DNA of 64,000 nucleotides from SAR116 cluster bacterium AG-321-A13 (GTDB taxonomy: Bacteria; Pseudomonadota; Alphaproteobacteria; Puniceispirillales; Marisalimonadaceae), in contig QBXD01000003.1 of assembly GCA_003283875.1 (NCBI GenBank), positions 448 to 64,447 on the forward strand. Reading direction: 5' to 3'. The translations under genes and the position numbers were made by a program. Below, piece after piece: positions 18,997 to 30,648 of the stretch (positions are counted from its first letter, which is position 1; each line of letters opens with the position of its first letter). The notes beneath the pieces are model-generated. The model was not told the DNA's origin. It saw nothing but the letters and a program-made list of their open reading frames with translations, and made no database searches.

Positions 18997-21618
18997 GTGA
19001 ATAATGTAAATACTCCAGTGATGGAGCAGTATTTAAATATAAAAAATCAACATAAAGACGCTTTACTTTTTTATAGAATGGGTGATTTTTATGAGTTATT
19101 CTTTGAAGATGCAGTTGTTGCTTCTCAAGCATTAGACATAGCTTTGACCAAAAGAGGCAAATCTAATGGTAAAGACATTCCTATGTGCGGTGTTCCATTT
19201 CATTCAGTAGATAATTATTTGCCCAAGTTAATCAAAAAAGGTTTTAATGTTGCTGTATGTGAGCAAACCGAAACAGCAGAAGAAGCTAAAATAAAGTTAA
19301 AAAAAGGACCGCTTAAAAGGGAGGTAGTAAGAATAATCTCGCCTGGAACTTTGACAGAAGATAATCTTCTTGAAAGAAAAACTAATAATTTTTTAGGTGC
19401 TATAACTGATAATAATGGTTCTGCCTCTATAGCATGGGTAGATGTTTCAACAGGATCTTTCAAATCAAGAAACATATTAGAAGACAATAAATCCAATAGA
19501 AAACAATTATTAGCTAATTTCCTATTAAGAATGAATTTTTCAGAATTACTAATTTCTGAAGATTTTGATTTAGATTTAATTGTAGAGGAATGGCACTCAA
19601 TTCTGAAAAAACAACCATCAAGTCTGTTTCATTATCCATCCTGTTTAGATCAAATACTCTCTTATTACTCCATTGTTTCATTAGAAGGTGTTGGCGCTTT
19701 CAGTGAAGGAGAAATTAAGGCAGCGGCAGTATTGCTTTCATATTTGAAATTAACACAATGTGGAAAAATTCCAATTCTTTCAATGATTCAAACTGAAACA
19801 CAGAATAATTTTTTAGAGATTGATTATTTTACTCAAAAGTCACTTGAAATTTTTAAAAATCTCTCAGGGGGTAGTGAAGGCAGTCTAATTTATTGTTTGG
19901 ATGAAACCAAAACTGCATGTGGAGCAAGATTATTAAAACAGAGAGTAATCGAGCCTTTTTATAAAATCGAACAAATTCAAGATAGGTATGATTTAACAAA
20001 TTGGATTTTAGAAAATAATATAAATATATCACATTATCAAATAGATTTTGAAAACATACCTGATATTGAAAGGTCACTTTCTAGAATATCATTGTCAAGA
20101 GGCGGTCCAAGAGATTTGCTTTTGATGTCTAGCGGTCTCTTGATTATAAAAGGAATTTATGAAAATTTGATTTCACATAATCAAGTCAAACCAACCCCTT
20201 CATTATTAAACTGTATAATCAAAAATTTAGATATTGATTACAGTATATTTTTAAAAATTTCAAAAGCTTTAAAACCAAATGTTCCAGTTATTGCAAAAGA
20301 AGGTAACTTTATAAAAGAAGGATACAACAAGGAGCTAGATCTCCTTAGAAATTTTAGACATAATGAATTAGAGCGTATAACAAAACTTCAAAAAAAATAT
20401 TCAGAATTAACTAATGTTAACTCATTAAAAATTAAGCACAATAGAATGCTAGGATATCATATTGAAGTAAGAGCACTGCATGATGAATCATTAAGAAATG
20501 TTGAGTTATTTATCCACAGACAAACCACAGCCCAGACATCTAGATTTACTACAGTTGAGCTAAATAATGTTGAGAATCAAATATTAAATTCATTTGAAAA
20601 AGCTCTTAAAATTGAGGTTGATATTTTTAATGATTTTGCAACTCAGATAATAGATAAAGGTAAAGAAATTTTAAATATTGCACTTTCAATTTCTGAATTA
20701 GATATTTCCATTATGGTTGCTAATCAATCAGTGTGTAGAAATTATACTTGCCCAAATATAGTAAAGGAAAAAAGCTTAGAAATTATTGCAGGGAGGCATC
20801 CTGTTGTAGAACATCAAATGAGTTTATCTGAAAAAACTTTTATTTTCAATGATTGTATTTTGAATAAAAAAGATCTGATTTGGTTGATAACTGGACCTAA
20901 TATGGCAGGAAAATCGACTTATCTTAGGCAAAATGCACTTATAGTTATAATGGCACAAGCAGGTTTATTTGTTCCTGCTGAAAAAGCAAACATAGGTGTA
21001 TTCGATAAAATCTTTTCCAGAGTAGGAGCATCAGATGATTTAGCAAAAGGACAATCCACTTTTATGATTGAAATGATAGAAACATCACTTATCCTCAATA
21101 CTGCTACAGATAAATCATTGGTCATACTAGATGAAATTGGACGGGGTACTTCTACTTTTGATGGGTTAGCAATTGCTTGGTCAGTCTTAGAATATTTACA
21201 TGAACAGATTAAACCTAGAACATTATTTGCTACTCATTATCATGAACTAACAAGTTTAAAGGAAAGCCTTAGCAACTTGTCTTGTCATAAAATGTCTATA
21301 AAAGAATGGAATGACACAATAATTTTCATGCATAAAATTTTGGATGGTGAAGCTGATAAATCTTATGGTATTCATGTTGCAAAATTAGCAGGTATTCCTT
21401 TGGCTGTTACAAAAAAAGCTACAAAATTACTATCTAATCTTAAACAAAAAGATAGGGAAAAACAGGATATGACAACAGATTATCCAGCTGTTTCTGAATC
21501 TAACGAACATGAGGATTTTTTTAAGGAATTTGATAGCATTAATGTTGACGAGATCACTCCACGTCAATCACTAGATATATTCTATAAACTTAAATTATTG
21601 AGAAATGCAAATGAATAA
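18997..21618 (+). CDS. mutS: DNA mismatch repair protein MutS
   Basis: TPVMEQY, FYRMGDFYELFFEDA, GRHPVVE, TGPNMAGKST, DEIGRGTST, FATHYHEL, SYGIHVA; GTG start. Confidence 0.98.
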   Translation: MNNVNTPVMEQYLNIKNQHKDALLFYRMGDFYELFFEDAVVASQALDIALTKRGKSNGKDIPMCGVPFHSVDNYLPKLIKKGFNVAVCEQTETAEEAKIKLKKGPLKREVVRIISPGTLTEDNLLERKTNNFLGAITDNNGSASIAWVDVSTGSFKSRNILEDNKSNRKQLLANFLLRMNFSELLISEDFDLDLIVEEWHSILKKQPSSLFHYPSCLDQILSYYSIVSLEGVGAFSEGEIKAAAVLLSYLKLTQCGKIPILSMIQTETQNNFLEIDYFTQKSLEIFKNLSGGSEGSLIYCLDETKTACGARLLKQRVIEPFYKIEQIQDRYDLTNWILENNINISHYQIDFENIPDIERSLSRISLSRGGPRDLLLMSSGLLIIKGIYENLISHNQVKPTPSLLNCIIKNLDIDYSIFLKISKALKPNVPVIAKEGNFIKEGYNKELDLLRNFRHNELERITKLQKKYSELTNVNSLKIKHNRMLGYHIEVRALHDESLRNVELFIHRQTTAQTSRFTTVELNNVENQILNSFEKALKIEVDIFNDFATQIIDKGKEILNIALSISELDISIMVANQSVCRNYTCPNIVKEKSLEIIAGRHPVVEHQMSLSEKTFIFNDCILNKKDLIWLITGPNMAGKSTYLRQNALIVIMAQAGLFVPAEKANIGVFDKIFSRVGASDDLAKGQSTFMIEMIETSLILNTATDKSLVILDEIGRGTSTFDGLAIAWSVLEYLHEQIKPRTLFATHYHELTSLKESLSNLSCHKMSIKEWNDTIIFMHKILDGEADKSYGIHVAKLAGIPLAVTKKATKLLSNLKQKDREKQDMTTDYPAVSESNEHEDFFKEFDSINVDEITPRQSLDIFYKLKLLRNANE

Positions 21619-24475
21619 AATGAATTTTAAAAGTAAATTTTCATTATTTAATAAACATAATGCTCATAAATCAGCTGATACCGAGATATCAACTAAAGAT
21701 GCAATTAATCAAAATGCAATATGGTTTCAAAGTATGGAACCAATAAACTACGCAAAAAATCAAACAAAAGAGTTATATGAGATAAATGATACAAATATTG
21801 ATGAGGTTAACACAAAAGTTTTTAGGGATCAGTTATTTAAAACTTTAAAAATTCAAATGGATCATAATAAAAAGCTGATTAAAAATAAATTTTTAGCAAC
21901 ATCCGATGGCTCCCTTAATGTTGGTCTAAATGTAATTTTAATTGATAGCCTACTAAAAGTTATATTTAAAAACTCATATTTTCATAGTCTAGGTAATAAG
22001 CATTATCAATTTACTTTAATAGCTGTAGGAGGATATGGAAGAGGAGAATTATCCCCTCACTCAGATTTAGATATATTATTTCTCTTACCAAACAAATTAA
22101 GAAAAAATGATACAAAAAAAATTGAAAATGTAGTTGAGTTAATTTTATATATATTATGGGATTTGGGATATACAGTTGGTCATTCAACTAGAACTATAGA
22201 TGATTGTATTGAAAAAAGCAGGTCAGATTTAACAATCTCCACAAGTCTTTTAGAAAAACGTTTCGTAGCAGGGAATTTTGATATTTATGACTTACTAAAT
22301 AATAAATTCAAAATATTCATTGATAATACTAAAACTTTAGATTTTGTAGAAGCAAAATTAAAAGAATCTGAAACGCGACACAAAAGATTTGGAGAATCAA
22401 GGTATGTTGTTGAACCTAATGTTAAAGATGGTAAGGGAGGATTAAGAGATCTTCATACACTTATTTGGATATTAAAATTTGCTTATAAAGTCGATACTAT
22501 TTCAAAATTAATTAATGTAGGTGCTCTAACAAAAGAAGAAGCAGTTCCATTTGCTGAAGCTCAGAGATTTTTATTATCTGTTAGATGTCATTTACATTAT
22601 AGAGCAAATAGAGAAGATGATCGACTCGCAATGGACGCCCAGCTTGAAATCGCGAAGAGTATGAACTTCAAGAATACAATTACTCATAAAGATGTAGAAA
22701 GGTTCATGAAAAGATATTTTCTTGCTACAAAAACAGTAGGTAATTTAACAAGAATATTTTGTGCTTCTATAGAGACAGAATTTAATAAACCTTTAAGGAT
22801 GAGTTTCTTAAGCTTTAAAAAAAGAGAGAACATAACTCCTTTTAGATTAGAAGTAGGTCGTTTATTTTCTTATGAAAGAGAAATACTGACAGAAAATCCC
22901 ACCAATATAATAAAACTTTTTTATATTTCTCATATTAATAATATAGACATTCACCCTAAAACTTTAAGACAAATAACAAGTTTGAGAAAATTAATAAATT
23001 TAAAGGTGAGACAAAATGTAGAAGCTAACAAAATGTTCTTGAATATTTTAACAAGTGATAAGGACCCAACAAGAACTCTTAGATTAATGAATGAGGCGAA
23101 TATTTTAGGACAGTTCATACCTGAATTTCAAAAAATTGTAGGGTTAATGCAATTTGATATGTATCATTCGTATACCGTTGATGAACATACAATTTTTACA
23201 ATTTCTAATCTTCATTCTTTAAGAAGTGGCAAATTTAGTGACTTTGCACCTTTGACAAGCAGTGCAATTTTAGAAATTAAATCTTACAAATCATTATTTG
23301 TAGCGATGTTGTTACATGATATTGCTAAAGGAAAAAAGGGTGATCACTCTGAAAATGGATCATTAATTGCTTCTAAAATATGCCCCAGGTTAGGGCTAAA
23401 TAAAGAAGAAACTAAAATGGTTGAATGGTTAGTATTACATCATCTATTAATGAGTAAAACTGCGTTTAGATATGAATTAGGTGACCCAAAAGTAATTAAG
23501 AATTTTGCAAAACAAGTAAGATCTATTGATAAGTTAAAATCACTATTAGCTCTTACAGTTGCTGATATCAGAGGGGTTGGCCCAGATGTTTGGAATGATT
23601 GGAAAGGTGCTTTGATAAAAGAACTTTATATCAAAACCTATGATTTACTTAAACCCCCTCAAGAAATTTCCAAAATAACAGAACCTCTTAAATCATCTAA
23701 AGAACTCTTAATAAGATATTTAAATAACAAAGGTGTGAATGATTTCGATATTAAAACATATTGTAGTAAATTTTATAATAACTATTGGGGGACATTTAAT
23801 TTACAATCAGTTGTTAATCATTATGAAAAATTTACTTCAATGAAAAATTATTCAAAAAAGCTAGGGGTCTACTTATCTAATGACAGTAAATTAAAAGCAA
23901 CTGAGCTTTTAGTTATCACTCCAGATCATCATGGTTTATTTTCACAAATATCTGGTTTGGTTGCTTCATCTGGGTATGATATTGTTAGTGCTAAAATTAT
24001 TACAAGGTCAGATGGATACGCATTAGATACTTTTTTCTTACAAAATAAGGAAAGAAAGCCAATCTCTGATATTAATCTAAGAAAAAAATTAATAGAAACT
24101 ATTGCAAAAGGTTTAGAAGGAAATTTTAATATAGAAAAAGCTCTAAATATAAAATGGAAAGAAATTCCAGCACGTTTCAGAGCTGTAAAGGCACCAATTA
24201 GGGTCATTATTGATAATAAAACAAGTGATCAATATACTATATTAGATATAAAATGTAAAAATGCGCCTGGAGTTCTTTATAAAATCACAAAGATAATAAC
24301 TGGTTTAGGTCTTCAAATAAATACAGCAAATGTTTCTACTTATGGTGACAGGGTTGTTGATATATTTTATTTAAAGAATGCATTTGGTTCAAAGGTGGAT
24401 GATAACAAAACTATTGAAAAAGTTAAGAATTCCATTTTAGAGGAATTAAAAGAAATAGATTATGTAAACCAATAA
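21605..24475 (+). CDS. glnD: [Protein-PII] uridylyltransferase/uridylyl-removing enzyme
   Basis: AVGGYGRGELSPHSDLD, EPNVKDGKGGLRDL, HSYTVDEH, LLHDIAKG (HD domain), two C-terminal ACT domains. Confidence 0.97.
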   Translation: MQMNKMNFKSKFSLFNKHNAHKSADTEISTKDAINQNAIWFQSMEPINYAKNQTKELYEINDTNIDEVNTKVFRDQLFKTLKIQMDHNKKLIKNKFLATSDGSLNVGLNVILIDSLLKVIFKNSYFHSLGNKHYQFTLIAVGGYGRGELSPHSDLDILFLLPNKLRKNDTKKIENVVELILYILWDLGYTVGHSTRTIDDCIEKSRSDLTISTSLLEKRFVAGNFDIYDLLNNKFKIFIDNTKTLDFVEAKLKESETRHKRFGESRYVVEPNVKDGKGGLRDLHTLIWILKFAYKVDTISKLINVGALTKEEAVPFAEAQRFLLSVRCHLHYRANREDDRLAMDAQLEIAKSMNFKNTITHKDVERFMKRYFLATKTVGNLTRIFCASIETEFNKPLRMSFLSFKKRENITPFRLEVGRLFSYEREILTENPTNIIKLFYISHINNIDIHPKTLRQITSLRKLINLKVRQNVEANKMFLNILTSDKDPTRTLRLMNEANILGQFIPEFQKIVGLMQFDMYHSYTVDEHTIFTISNLHSLRSGKFSDFAPLTSSAILEIKSYKSLFVAMLLHDIAKGKKGDHSENGSLIASKICPRLGLNKEETKMVEWLVLHHLLMSKTAFRYELGDPKVIKNFAKQVRSIDKLKSLLALTVADIRGVGPDVWNDWKGALIKELYIKTYDLLKPPQEISKITEPLKSSKELLIRYLNNKGVNDFDIKTYCSKFYNNYWGTFNLQSVVNHYEKFTSMKNYSKKLGVYLSNDSKLKATELLVITPDHHGLFSQISGLVASSGYDIVSAKIITRSDGYALDTFFLQNKERKPISDINLRKKLIETIAKGLEGNFNIEKALNIKWKEIPARFRAVKAPIRVIIDNKTSDQYTILDIKCKNAPGVLYKITKIITGLGLQINTANVSTYGDRVVDIFYLKNAFGSKVDDNKTIEKVKNSILEELKEIDYVNQ

Positions 24476-24495
24476 ATAGAATAATGAGATTTTGA

Positions 24496-26121
24496 ATGAA
24501 AGATAAAACATCTTTTTTTATTAAAGGTTTTACACAATCTGCTACACTAACATTCCTTAGCCGTATATCTGGTTTTATGAGAGATATATTCATTGCAGCA
24601 TTCCTAGGTGCGGGTGTTTTTTCAGATATTTTTTTAATCGCATTTAAGTTACCAAATTTTTTTAGAAGAATTACAGCGGAAGGGGCCTTAACTTCAGCTT
24701 TCTTACCAATTTATTCAAAGTTAATAGAAAAAAAAGGTAAGATATTTGCCGATAAATTTCTCAAAAAATTTATTTTTCGTGCAGCTACTTTTTTATTCTT
24801 ATTAATGATTATTCTCCAAATCATAATGCCCTTTTGCATATATTTTTTAGCTCCAGGTTTTTTAGACAATGACTTAGTTTTAGATAAAATAACTGTACTA
24901 ACAAGAATAACAATAGTCTTCATGCCTTTAATATCTATTGTAGCTCTTTTAGGAGTTGCTACAAATGTTTCTGGTAAGTTTTGGATTTTATCTTCCTCTC
25001 CAATTATATTAAATGTTTGCTTAATATTAAGTTGTTTTTTTATAAGTGATAATTTGTCAATTAAACCCTTACCACTCGCTATAGCAACCGTTTTAGGAGG
25101 AATACTTCAATTAGCATTTACTTTAATAATGATTAAAAAATTTGGTGTTTTACAATTTAAAAAATTGAATATTAAAAGCGAAACTATAAAAGAACGGAAT
25201 GAAATCCAAATATATTTTAAAAAAACATGGGAAAAATTTATACCTGCAGCATTCGGCGGCGGGATATTACAAATCAACCTCCTTGTAGATACTATTCTAG
25301 CAAGCTTATTAGGTTTTGGTTCTATTTCCTATCTCTATTTCGCAGATAGAATTGCCCAGTTACCTCTAGGCATAATAGGAATTGCATTAAGCACAGCTTT
25401 GCTAACCTCGTTATCTAAATCAAGTGCAATTAAAGATAAGAAACAATTTTCTAAAGAATTAATGATTTCAATAAAAATAGGATTATTTTTTTCTATACCC
25501 TCATCTTTTGTTTTTATTAATTTTTCAGATTTATTTATTAGCGTTTTATTTGAAAGAGGGGAATTTAGCTCTTTGGAAACTAATCAAACTGCCCAGGCGT
25601 TAATTGCTTATGCTTTTGGTATTCCTGCTTTTATTATACTAAAATCTTGTCAACCTGCATTTTTAGCAGAGGGAAACACTAAAACTCCAATGAATATTGG
25701 CTTAATGTTATTATTACTCAATATTTTTCTCTCATTTATATTAATGCATTATTTTAAACACTCAGGTATTGCCTTAGCTACTTCACTGGTATCCTGGACA
25801 GGATCTATAACATATTTAACATTATTAATAAAAAAGGGAAATATACCAAAATTTAAATTTAATTTTAAATATGATGAGTTTAATTCCTTCTTTTTATTGA
25901 TATATTCATTAAAGATAATTTTAACATCGTTCTTAATGATATTGATTATGAAATTGATTTTTTACATTTTAAATATTTATAAGTTTGATAATATTACTAT
26001 TTTATTATTTTCAGTCTTATTTGGTTTGTTATCGTATTTTTTGACAACTTATATTTTAAGATATATTCCTCAAGAATTACTAATTTCTAAGGTTTTTAAA
26101 TTCAGGAAAGTAAAATCATGA
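24496..26121 (+). CDS. murJ: Lipid II flippase MurJ
   Basis: [44 protein letters not shown]; many TM segments. Confidence 0.95.
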   Translation: MKDKTSFFIKGFTQSATLTFLSRISGFMRDIFIAAFLGAGVFSDIFLIAFKLPNFFRRITAEGALTSAFLPIYSKLIEKKGKIFADKFLKKFIFRAATFLFLLMIILQIIMPFCIYFLAPGFLDNDLVLDKITVLTRITIVFMPLISIVALLGVATNVSGKFWILSSSPIILNVCLILSCFFISDNLSIKPLPLAIATVLGGILQLAFTLIMIKKFGVLQFKKLNIKSETIKERNEIQIYFKKTWEKFIPAAFGGGILQINLLVDTILASLLGFGSISYLYFADRIAQLPLGIIGIALSTALLTSLSKSSAIKDKKQFSKELMISIKIGLFFSIPSSFVFINFSDLFISVLFERGEFSSLETNQTAQALIAYAFGIPAFIILKSCQPAFLAEGNTKTPMNIGLMLLLLNIFLSFILMHYFKHSGIALATSLVSWTGSITYLTLLIKKGNIPKFKFNFKYDEFNSFFLLIYSLKIILTSFLMILIMKLIFYILNIYKFDNITILLFSVLFGLLSYFLTTYILRYIPQELLISKVFKFRKVKS

Positions 26122-27152
26122 CAAACTTACAATCAGACCATTTACAGAAAAGAATTTTTTCCGGGATACAACCAACAGGAAATTTACACCTTGGTAATTA
26201 TTTAGGAGCAATTAAAAATTGGGTTAATCTTCAAAATGATATTTCTTCAATTTTTTCAATCGTAGATTTACATGCAATTACAGTACCTCAGGAACCATCA
26301 AAACTTAAATCTTCCACTCATGAGGTTACTGCTGCAATTATTGCTTCAGGTATAGATATTGATAAGTCAATTCTTTTCAATCAATCCTCGGTTAAAGAAC
26401 ATGCTGAATTAGCCTGGATATTGAATTGTGTATGTAGAATTGGGTGGTTGAATCGTATGACTCAATTTAAAGAGAAAGCTGGCAAAAATAGAGAAAATGC
26501 TACAGTTGGTTTATATGGATATCCAGTTTTGATGGCTGCAGATATTCTTCTATACAAATCAACTCACGTTCCTGTTGGTGATGATCAAAAACAACATATA
26601 GAATTGGCTAGAGATATTGCATCTTCTTTTAACAATATGTTTACTTCTGATAAAGAAGACGACTTTTTTAATTTACCTGAGCCACAAATTATAGGTGAGG
26701 CCACTCGTGTAATGAGTTTAAGAGATGGTACGAAAAAAATGAGTAAATCCGACGCCTCTGACGCTTCTCGAATTAACTTAACTGACACTGCTGAGGAAAT
26801 ATCAAACAAAATTAAAAAAGCCAAAACTGACCCTCATCCACTGCCAGATACTATAGAGGAGCTAAAAGATAGACCTGAAGCGCATAATTTAATGAGTATT
26901 TATTCTTCATTATCAGATCAGACATTAGAAAAAGCATTAATAGAATTTTCGGGTAAGGGCTTTTCTTATTTTAAGCCAAGATTGATAGATTTGGCAATTG
27001 AAACTTTAAGTCCCATTTCACGTGAAATGAGGAGTCTCCTAAAGTATAGAGATGAAATCGATAAAATTTTAAAAAATGGAGAACAAAAAGCTAAGGAAAT
27101 AGCTGAGCCAGTTTTAAAAGATGTTAAAAATTTAGTTGGGTTTGTTAATTAA
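26118..27152 (+). CDS. trpS: Tryptophanyl-tRNA synthetase
   Basis: [47 protein letters not shown]. Confidence 0.98.
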   Translation: MTNLQSDHLQKRIFSGIQPTGNLHLGNYLGAIKNWVNLQNDISSIFSIVDLHAITVPQEPSKLKSSTHEVTAAIIASGIDIDKSILFNQSSVKEHAELAWILNCVCRIGWLNRMTQFKEKAGKNRENATVGLYGYPVLMAADILLYKSTHVPVGDDQKQHIELARDIASSFNNMFTSDKEDDFFNLPEPQIIGEATRVMSLRDGTKKMSKSDASDASRINLTDTAEEISNKIKKAKTDPHPLPDTIEELKDRPEAHNLMSIYSSLSDQTLEKALIEFSGKGFSYFKPRLIDLAIETLSPISREMRSLLKYRDEIDKILKNGEQKAKEIAEPVLKDVKNLVGFVN

Positions 27153-27212
27153 TTAAGTTTACTTATGGAAATTTAAAAAAAAACTGCTATATCTATAAAT
27201 GGAGATAAAAAA

Positions 27213-27767
27213 ATGTTTATTCAGACCGAAGACACACCTAACCCAGACACTTTGAAGTTTATGCCGGGTGATACTGTTTTAAAAACTGGCAGTGTTGATT
27301 ATTCTAACAAAGAATCTTCAGTTAGTTCACCATTGGCTTCAAGGCTTTTTGAAATTGATGGTGTTAGCAGAGTATTTCTTTCTTCAGACTTTATTTCTGT
27401 AACAAAAGAAACTGATTTAGAATGGAATAATTTAAAACCCTCGATACTTACAGGAATAATGGAACATTATTCAAGTGGTCTACCTGCTTTAAACAATGAA
27501 AAAGAAATTAAAATTAACGACAGTGCCGAAGATAATGAGATTGTAAAACAGATCAAAGATCTTTTAGAGACTCGTGTAAGACCCGCTGTTGCGATGGATG
27601 GAGGCGATATATCCTTTTGTTCATTCGAATCAGGTGTTGTAACGCTGCAAATGAAAGGCGCATGTGCGGGTTGTCCGTCAAGTACTGCAACCTTAAAAAT
27701 GGGCATTGAAAATATGCTTAGACATTATATTCCTGAAGTTACAGAAGTTAAGGCTGCAGAATTGTAA
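27213..27767 (+). CDS. NfuA/NifU-family Fe-S cluster carrier (Nfu_N plus NifU-C)
   Basis: MFIQTEDTPNPDTLKF, SPLA, VRPAVAMDGGDI, GACAGCPSSTATLK. Confidence 0.93.
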   Translation: MFIQTEDTPNPDTLKFMPGDTVLKTGSVDYSNKESSVSSPLASRLFEIDGVSRVFLSSDFISVTKETDLEWNNLKPSILTGIMEHYSSGLPALNNEKEIKINDSAEDNEIVKQIKDLLETRVRPAVAMDGGDISFCSFESGVVTLQMKGACAGCPSSTATLKMGIENMLRHYIPEVTEVKAAEL

Positions 27768-27783
27768 TTAAACATAAAAATTT

Positions 27784-28791
27784 ATGTTAAAAAAATATAA
27801 ATTAGAAATTAGTAATCCTTGTGAAAAAAAATCTTATAATATTTTTTTTATACCATCACTTATATTATTATTACTAAGTGGTTCCCTAGGATTAGCGATT
27901 TTTAAAATAGATTCTCCTATCTTCGATTTTAGATTATTTACTAGAAATTTGAATAAACCGTCAGTTGAAACTAATCAATTGAATAAATTTAACATAAATA
28001 AAAACTATTTATCATCAGATCAAATTAATAATAAAGATATTGTGTCTGAATGGTCCAAGAAAATTATGTACTATGTAGAAAATAATCTTCCTATACCAAG
28101 GATGTATTTCCCTTATATCCCAAAAAACATTAATGAATTTGAAACTCAAACAAAAAAGAATGTATTTATAAGTATTCTCTTACCTATAGCACTTAGGGGA
28201 AATGAATTAGTTTTAGAAGAGAGAAAGCTAATGAAGGATGCTTTTTTATCAAATAACATTCACAAAATTGAAAATTTAGCAAAAAAGTATAATGTAAAAA
28301 ATTTTGAAAAAATGAATTTTGGTAATCTTGCTACAAAAAATATACTCAAAGTTAAAAACGAATTATTGATGAAAATTAATAAAATCCCTTTAGCTATGAT
28401 ATTGTCACAATCTATAATTGAAAGTGGATGGGGATCTTCAAGATTTGCTCAAGAAGGAAATGCTCTTTTTGGAGAATGGACTTGGAAAAAAAATGTTGGA
28501 ATTAAACCAAGAGGAAATTTATATGCAAATTTTGCAGTTAAAAATTTTAAAAATTTATTAGAATCTTTAAATTCGTATATTTTAAACTTAAATCGTCATC
28601 CAGCCTACTCCGAAATGAGAAAATTTAGAGCTATGAAATATAAAACTGGAAAAAAAATAACAGGTTATGATACGGCTAATTTTCTAAACAAATATGCTGA
28701 AATAGGATTTGAATACGTTACAAAAATTGAGAATATGATTAAAAGCAATAAGTTGTACAGATTTCGAAATGCTAAATTAGAAAGTTATTAG
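27784..28791 (+). CDS. Membrane-anchored Bax-like glucosaminidase (GH73) domain protein
   Basis: N-terminal TM helix; KKNVFISILLP, QSIIESGWGSSRFAQEGNALFG, YILNLNRHPAY, YAEIG. Confidence 0.82.
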   Translation: MLKKYKLEISNPCEKKSYNIFFIPSLILLLLSGSLGLAIFKIDSPIFDFRLFTRNLNKPSVETNQLNKFNINKNYLSSDQINNKDIVSEWSKKIMYYVENNLPIPRMYFPYIPKNINEFETQTKKNVFISILLPIALRGNELVLEERKLMKDAFLSNNIHKIENLAKKYNVKNFEKMNFGNLATKNILKVKNELLMKINKIPLAMILSQSIIESGWGSSRFAQEGNALFGEWTWKKNVGIKPRGNLYANFAVKNFKNLLESLNSYILNLNRHPAYSEMRKFRAMKYKTGKKITGYDTANFLNKYAEIGFEYVTKIENMIKSNKLYRFRNAKLESY

Positions 28792-28800
28792 AATTAAATT

Positions 28801-29826
28801 CTATTTAATTATAAATTGTCTTCCTAACCATCGCCATCTATTATTTTTCCCAGCCATAGTACAATTAATTCTACCTCTACCCTTTAAAAATGGGCCACTT
28901 AATCTAACCTCAATTCTATTTTTTCCAAGTCTTTTTGTTTCTGTTTTCAATCCATTATTTGCAAAACATTTTACTGCGTTTTTTGGCTCTATAAGGTTAG
29001 ATAAAGTAAAACCATATGATGGAGGATTTTTTGAAAGTACTGGATCTTTAGGCGAAAGATCAGAAATGGGCATTGGCAAGGCGTTTATTGCCAACAAAAA
29101 CCTATCCATGCCACCATATTTTTCATTCATGGCAAATCTAGGCAATTCAAACATGCCTAAGCTTTTATGTGCAACTCCTGAATGTTGACCAAAAGCTGCA
29201 ATAAAACCTTGTAATTTCACTTGTTCTAAAACTTCTTGGTTATATTCACCATAAGGATATGCAAAAATTTCAGGCCTACTCCCAATCTCATCAATAAATC
29301 GTTTATTAGAAATTGTGAGTTCATTAATTATTTTTTCTTTGTTAATTTTATACATATGAGGATGGGACTTTGTTTGGCTTCCAATAGTTACGCCATTATC
29401 TCTCAAGATTCGGATCTCCTCCCAACTCATATAACCAGGCGTTTTATTATCGATCACATCTGTGGAAACAAACAAAGTAAAAGGAAAATTGTGTTTTTTA
29501 AAGATAGGCCACGCATATTTATAAACTGATGAGTAAGCATCATCAATAGTTATGACAATAGATTTATCTTTTATAAGTTTAACATTATTTATACCTTGAA
29601 GAGCTTGTTCAATATTAATTATGTTATATTTAGGTTTTAACAATTCTTTGACATGCTCAAGAAATTGTTCTTTTTTAATATTTGTCGAAGGATATCTACT
29701 ATCACCAAATCTATGATACATTATTACAGACGCGTAATTTACATTCTTAATTTCTTCTGTTTCATTTTCCTGTGAATATGACATATTAGGAAACATAAAA
29801 AACAAAAGTGCTAATATATAATACAT
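28801..29826 (-). CDS. Exported polysaccharide deacetylase (CE4/NodB family)
   Basis: Signal peptide; MYHRF, ITIDDAY, GSQTKSHPHM, FAYPYG, LPRF. Confidence 0.88.
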   Translation of the reverse strand: MYYILALLFFMFPNMSYSQENETEEIKNVNYASVIMYHRFGDSRYPSTNIKKEQFLEHVKELLKPKYNIINIEQALQGINNVKLIKDKSIVITIDDAYSSVYKYAWPIFKKHNFPFTLFVSTDVIDNKTPGYMSWEEIRILRDNGVTIGSQTKSHPHMYKINKEKIINELTISNKRFIDEIGSRPEIFAYPYGEYNQEVLEQVKLQGFIAAFGQHSGVAHKSLGMFELPRFAMNEKYGGMDRFLLAINALPMPISDLSPKDPVLSKNPPSYGFTLSNLIEPKNAVKCFANNGLKTETKRLGKNRIEVRLSGPFLKGRGRINCTMAGKNNRWRWLGRQFIIK

Positions 29827-29923
29827 CTTATCCTCAAATATTTTATATTTAAACTTTTAGCTGTTCAATTTAATATATTGTAATTTTGAATTATACTACT
29901 TTTTTTTGAATATTTATAAAAAG

Positions 29924-30646
29924 ATGACAATGATTTTTTCTATTGAAACTAGTACATCAAATTTATCACTTACCTTGTTAAGTAATAGTAAAGTATTCAA
30001 AAAATTATCAATTAAAATAAAAAATGAATTATCTGAAATACTTATTCCAACAATAAAAAAATTCATGACAGATAATTCAATAACATTTCAAAGTGTGTCA
30101 TTGTTAGTAGTAGGTTGTGGTCCTGGTAGTTTTACAAGTATTCGGGCATTAATTTCGGCAGCAAAGGGGATATATTTATCTAACAAGCATATGAAAATTT
30201 TAGGAATTAATTCTCTAGCTGGTTTAGCAATGTCTGCATTAAATGAAGCAAAAAATATAAATGTTGAATATATTCTTGCCTCAATTGATACAAAAAGAAA
30301 TGATCAATTTCTGCAGTTGTTTAAGATTAATAATTGTAACAAGAGGTTGCTACCTTTTTCTGTCATTAATAACATAGAACCAATTAAAATGGAAAATTTT
30401 TCACTTTATTTAAAAGAAAACAAGTTGGTAGTTGGAAACTTTTTGTATGTTGGTTTCATTTCAAGTTTATTAAAAAATAAATCACCAAACATAAATTTCT
30501 ATAAAAAATCAAACCAAATTCCAGATGCAGTTTGGGTTGGAAAACTAGGTTTATATATTACAAAAAATAGTATTAATTATAAAAGTTCAAAAATAGCTTT
30601 TGATGAGTTTAAGCCTATTTATGTTAGATCTCCTGAGATAAACTAG
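29924..30646 (+). CDS. tsaB: tRNA t6A biosynthesis protein TsaB
   Basis: FSIETST, SEILIPTI, VGCGPGSFTSIR, C-terminal PIYVRSP; upstream of rimI; start uncertain (29906/29924/29930). Confidence 0.88.
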   Translation: MTMIFSIETSTSNLSLTLLSNSKVFKKLSIKIKNELSEILIPTIKKFMTDNSITFQSVSLLVVGCGPGSFTSIRALISAAKGIYLSNKHMKILGINSLAGLAMSALNEAKNINVEYILASIDTKRNDQFLQLFKINNCNKRLLPFSVINNIEPIKMENFSLYLKENKLVVGNFLYVGFISSLLKNKSPNINFYKKSNQIPDAVWVGKLGLYITKNSINYKSSKIAFDEFKPIYVRSPEIN

Positions 30647-30648
30647 AA

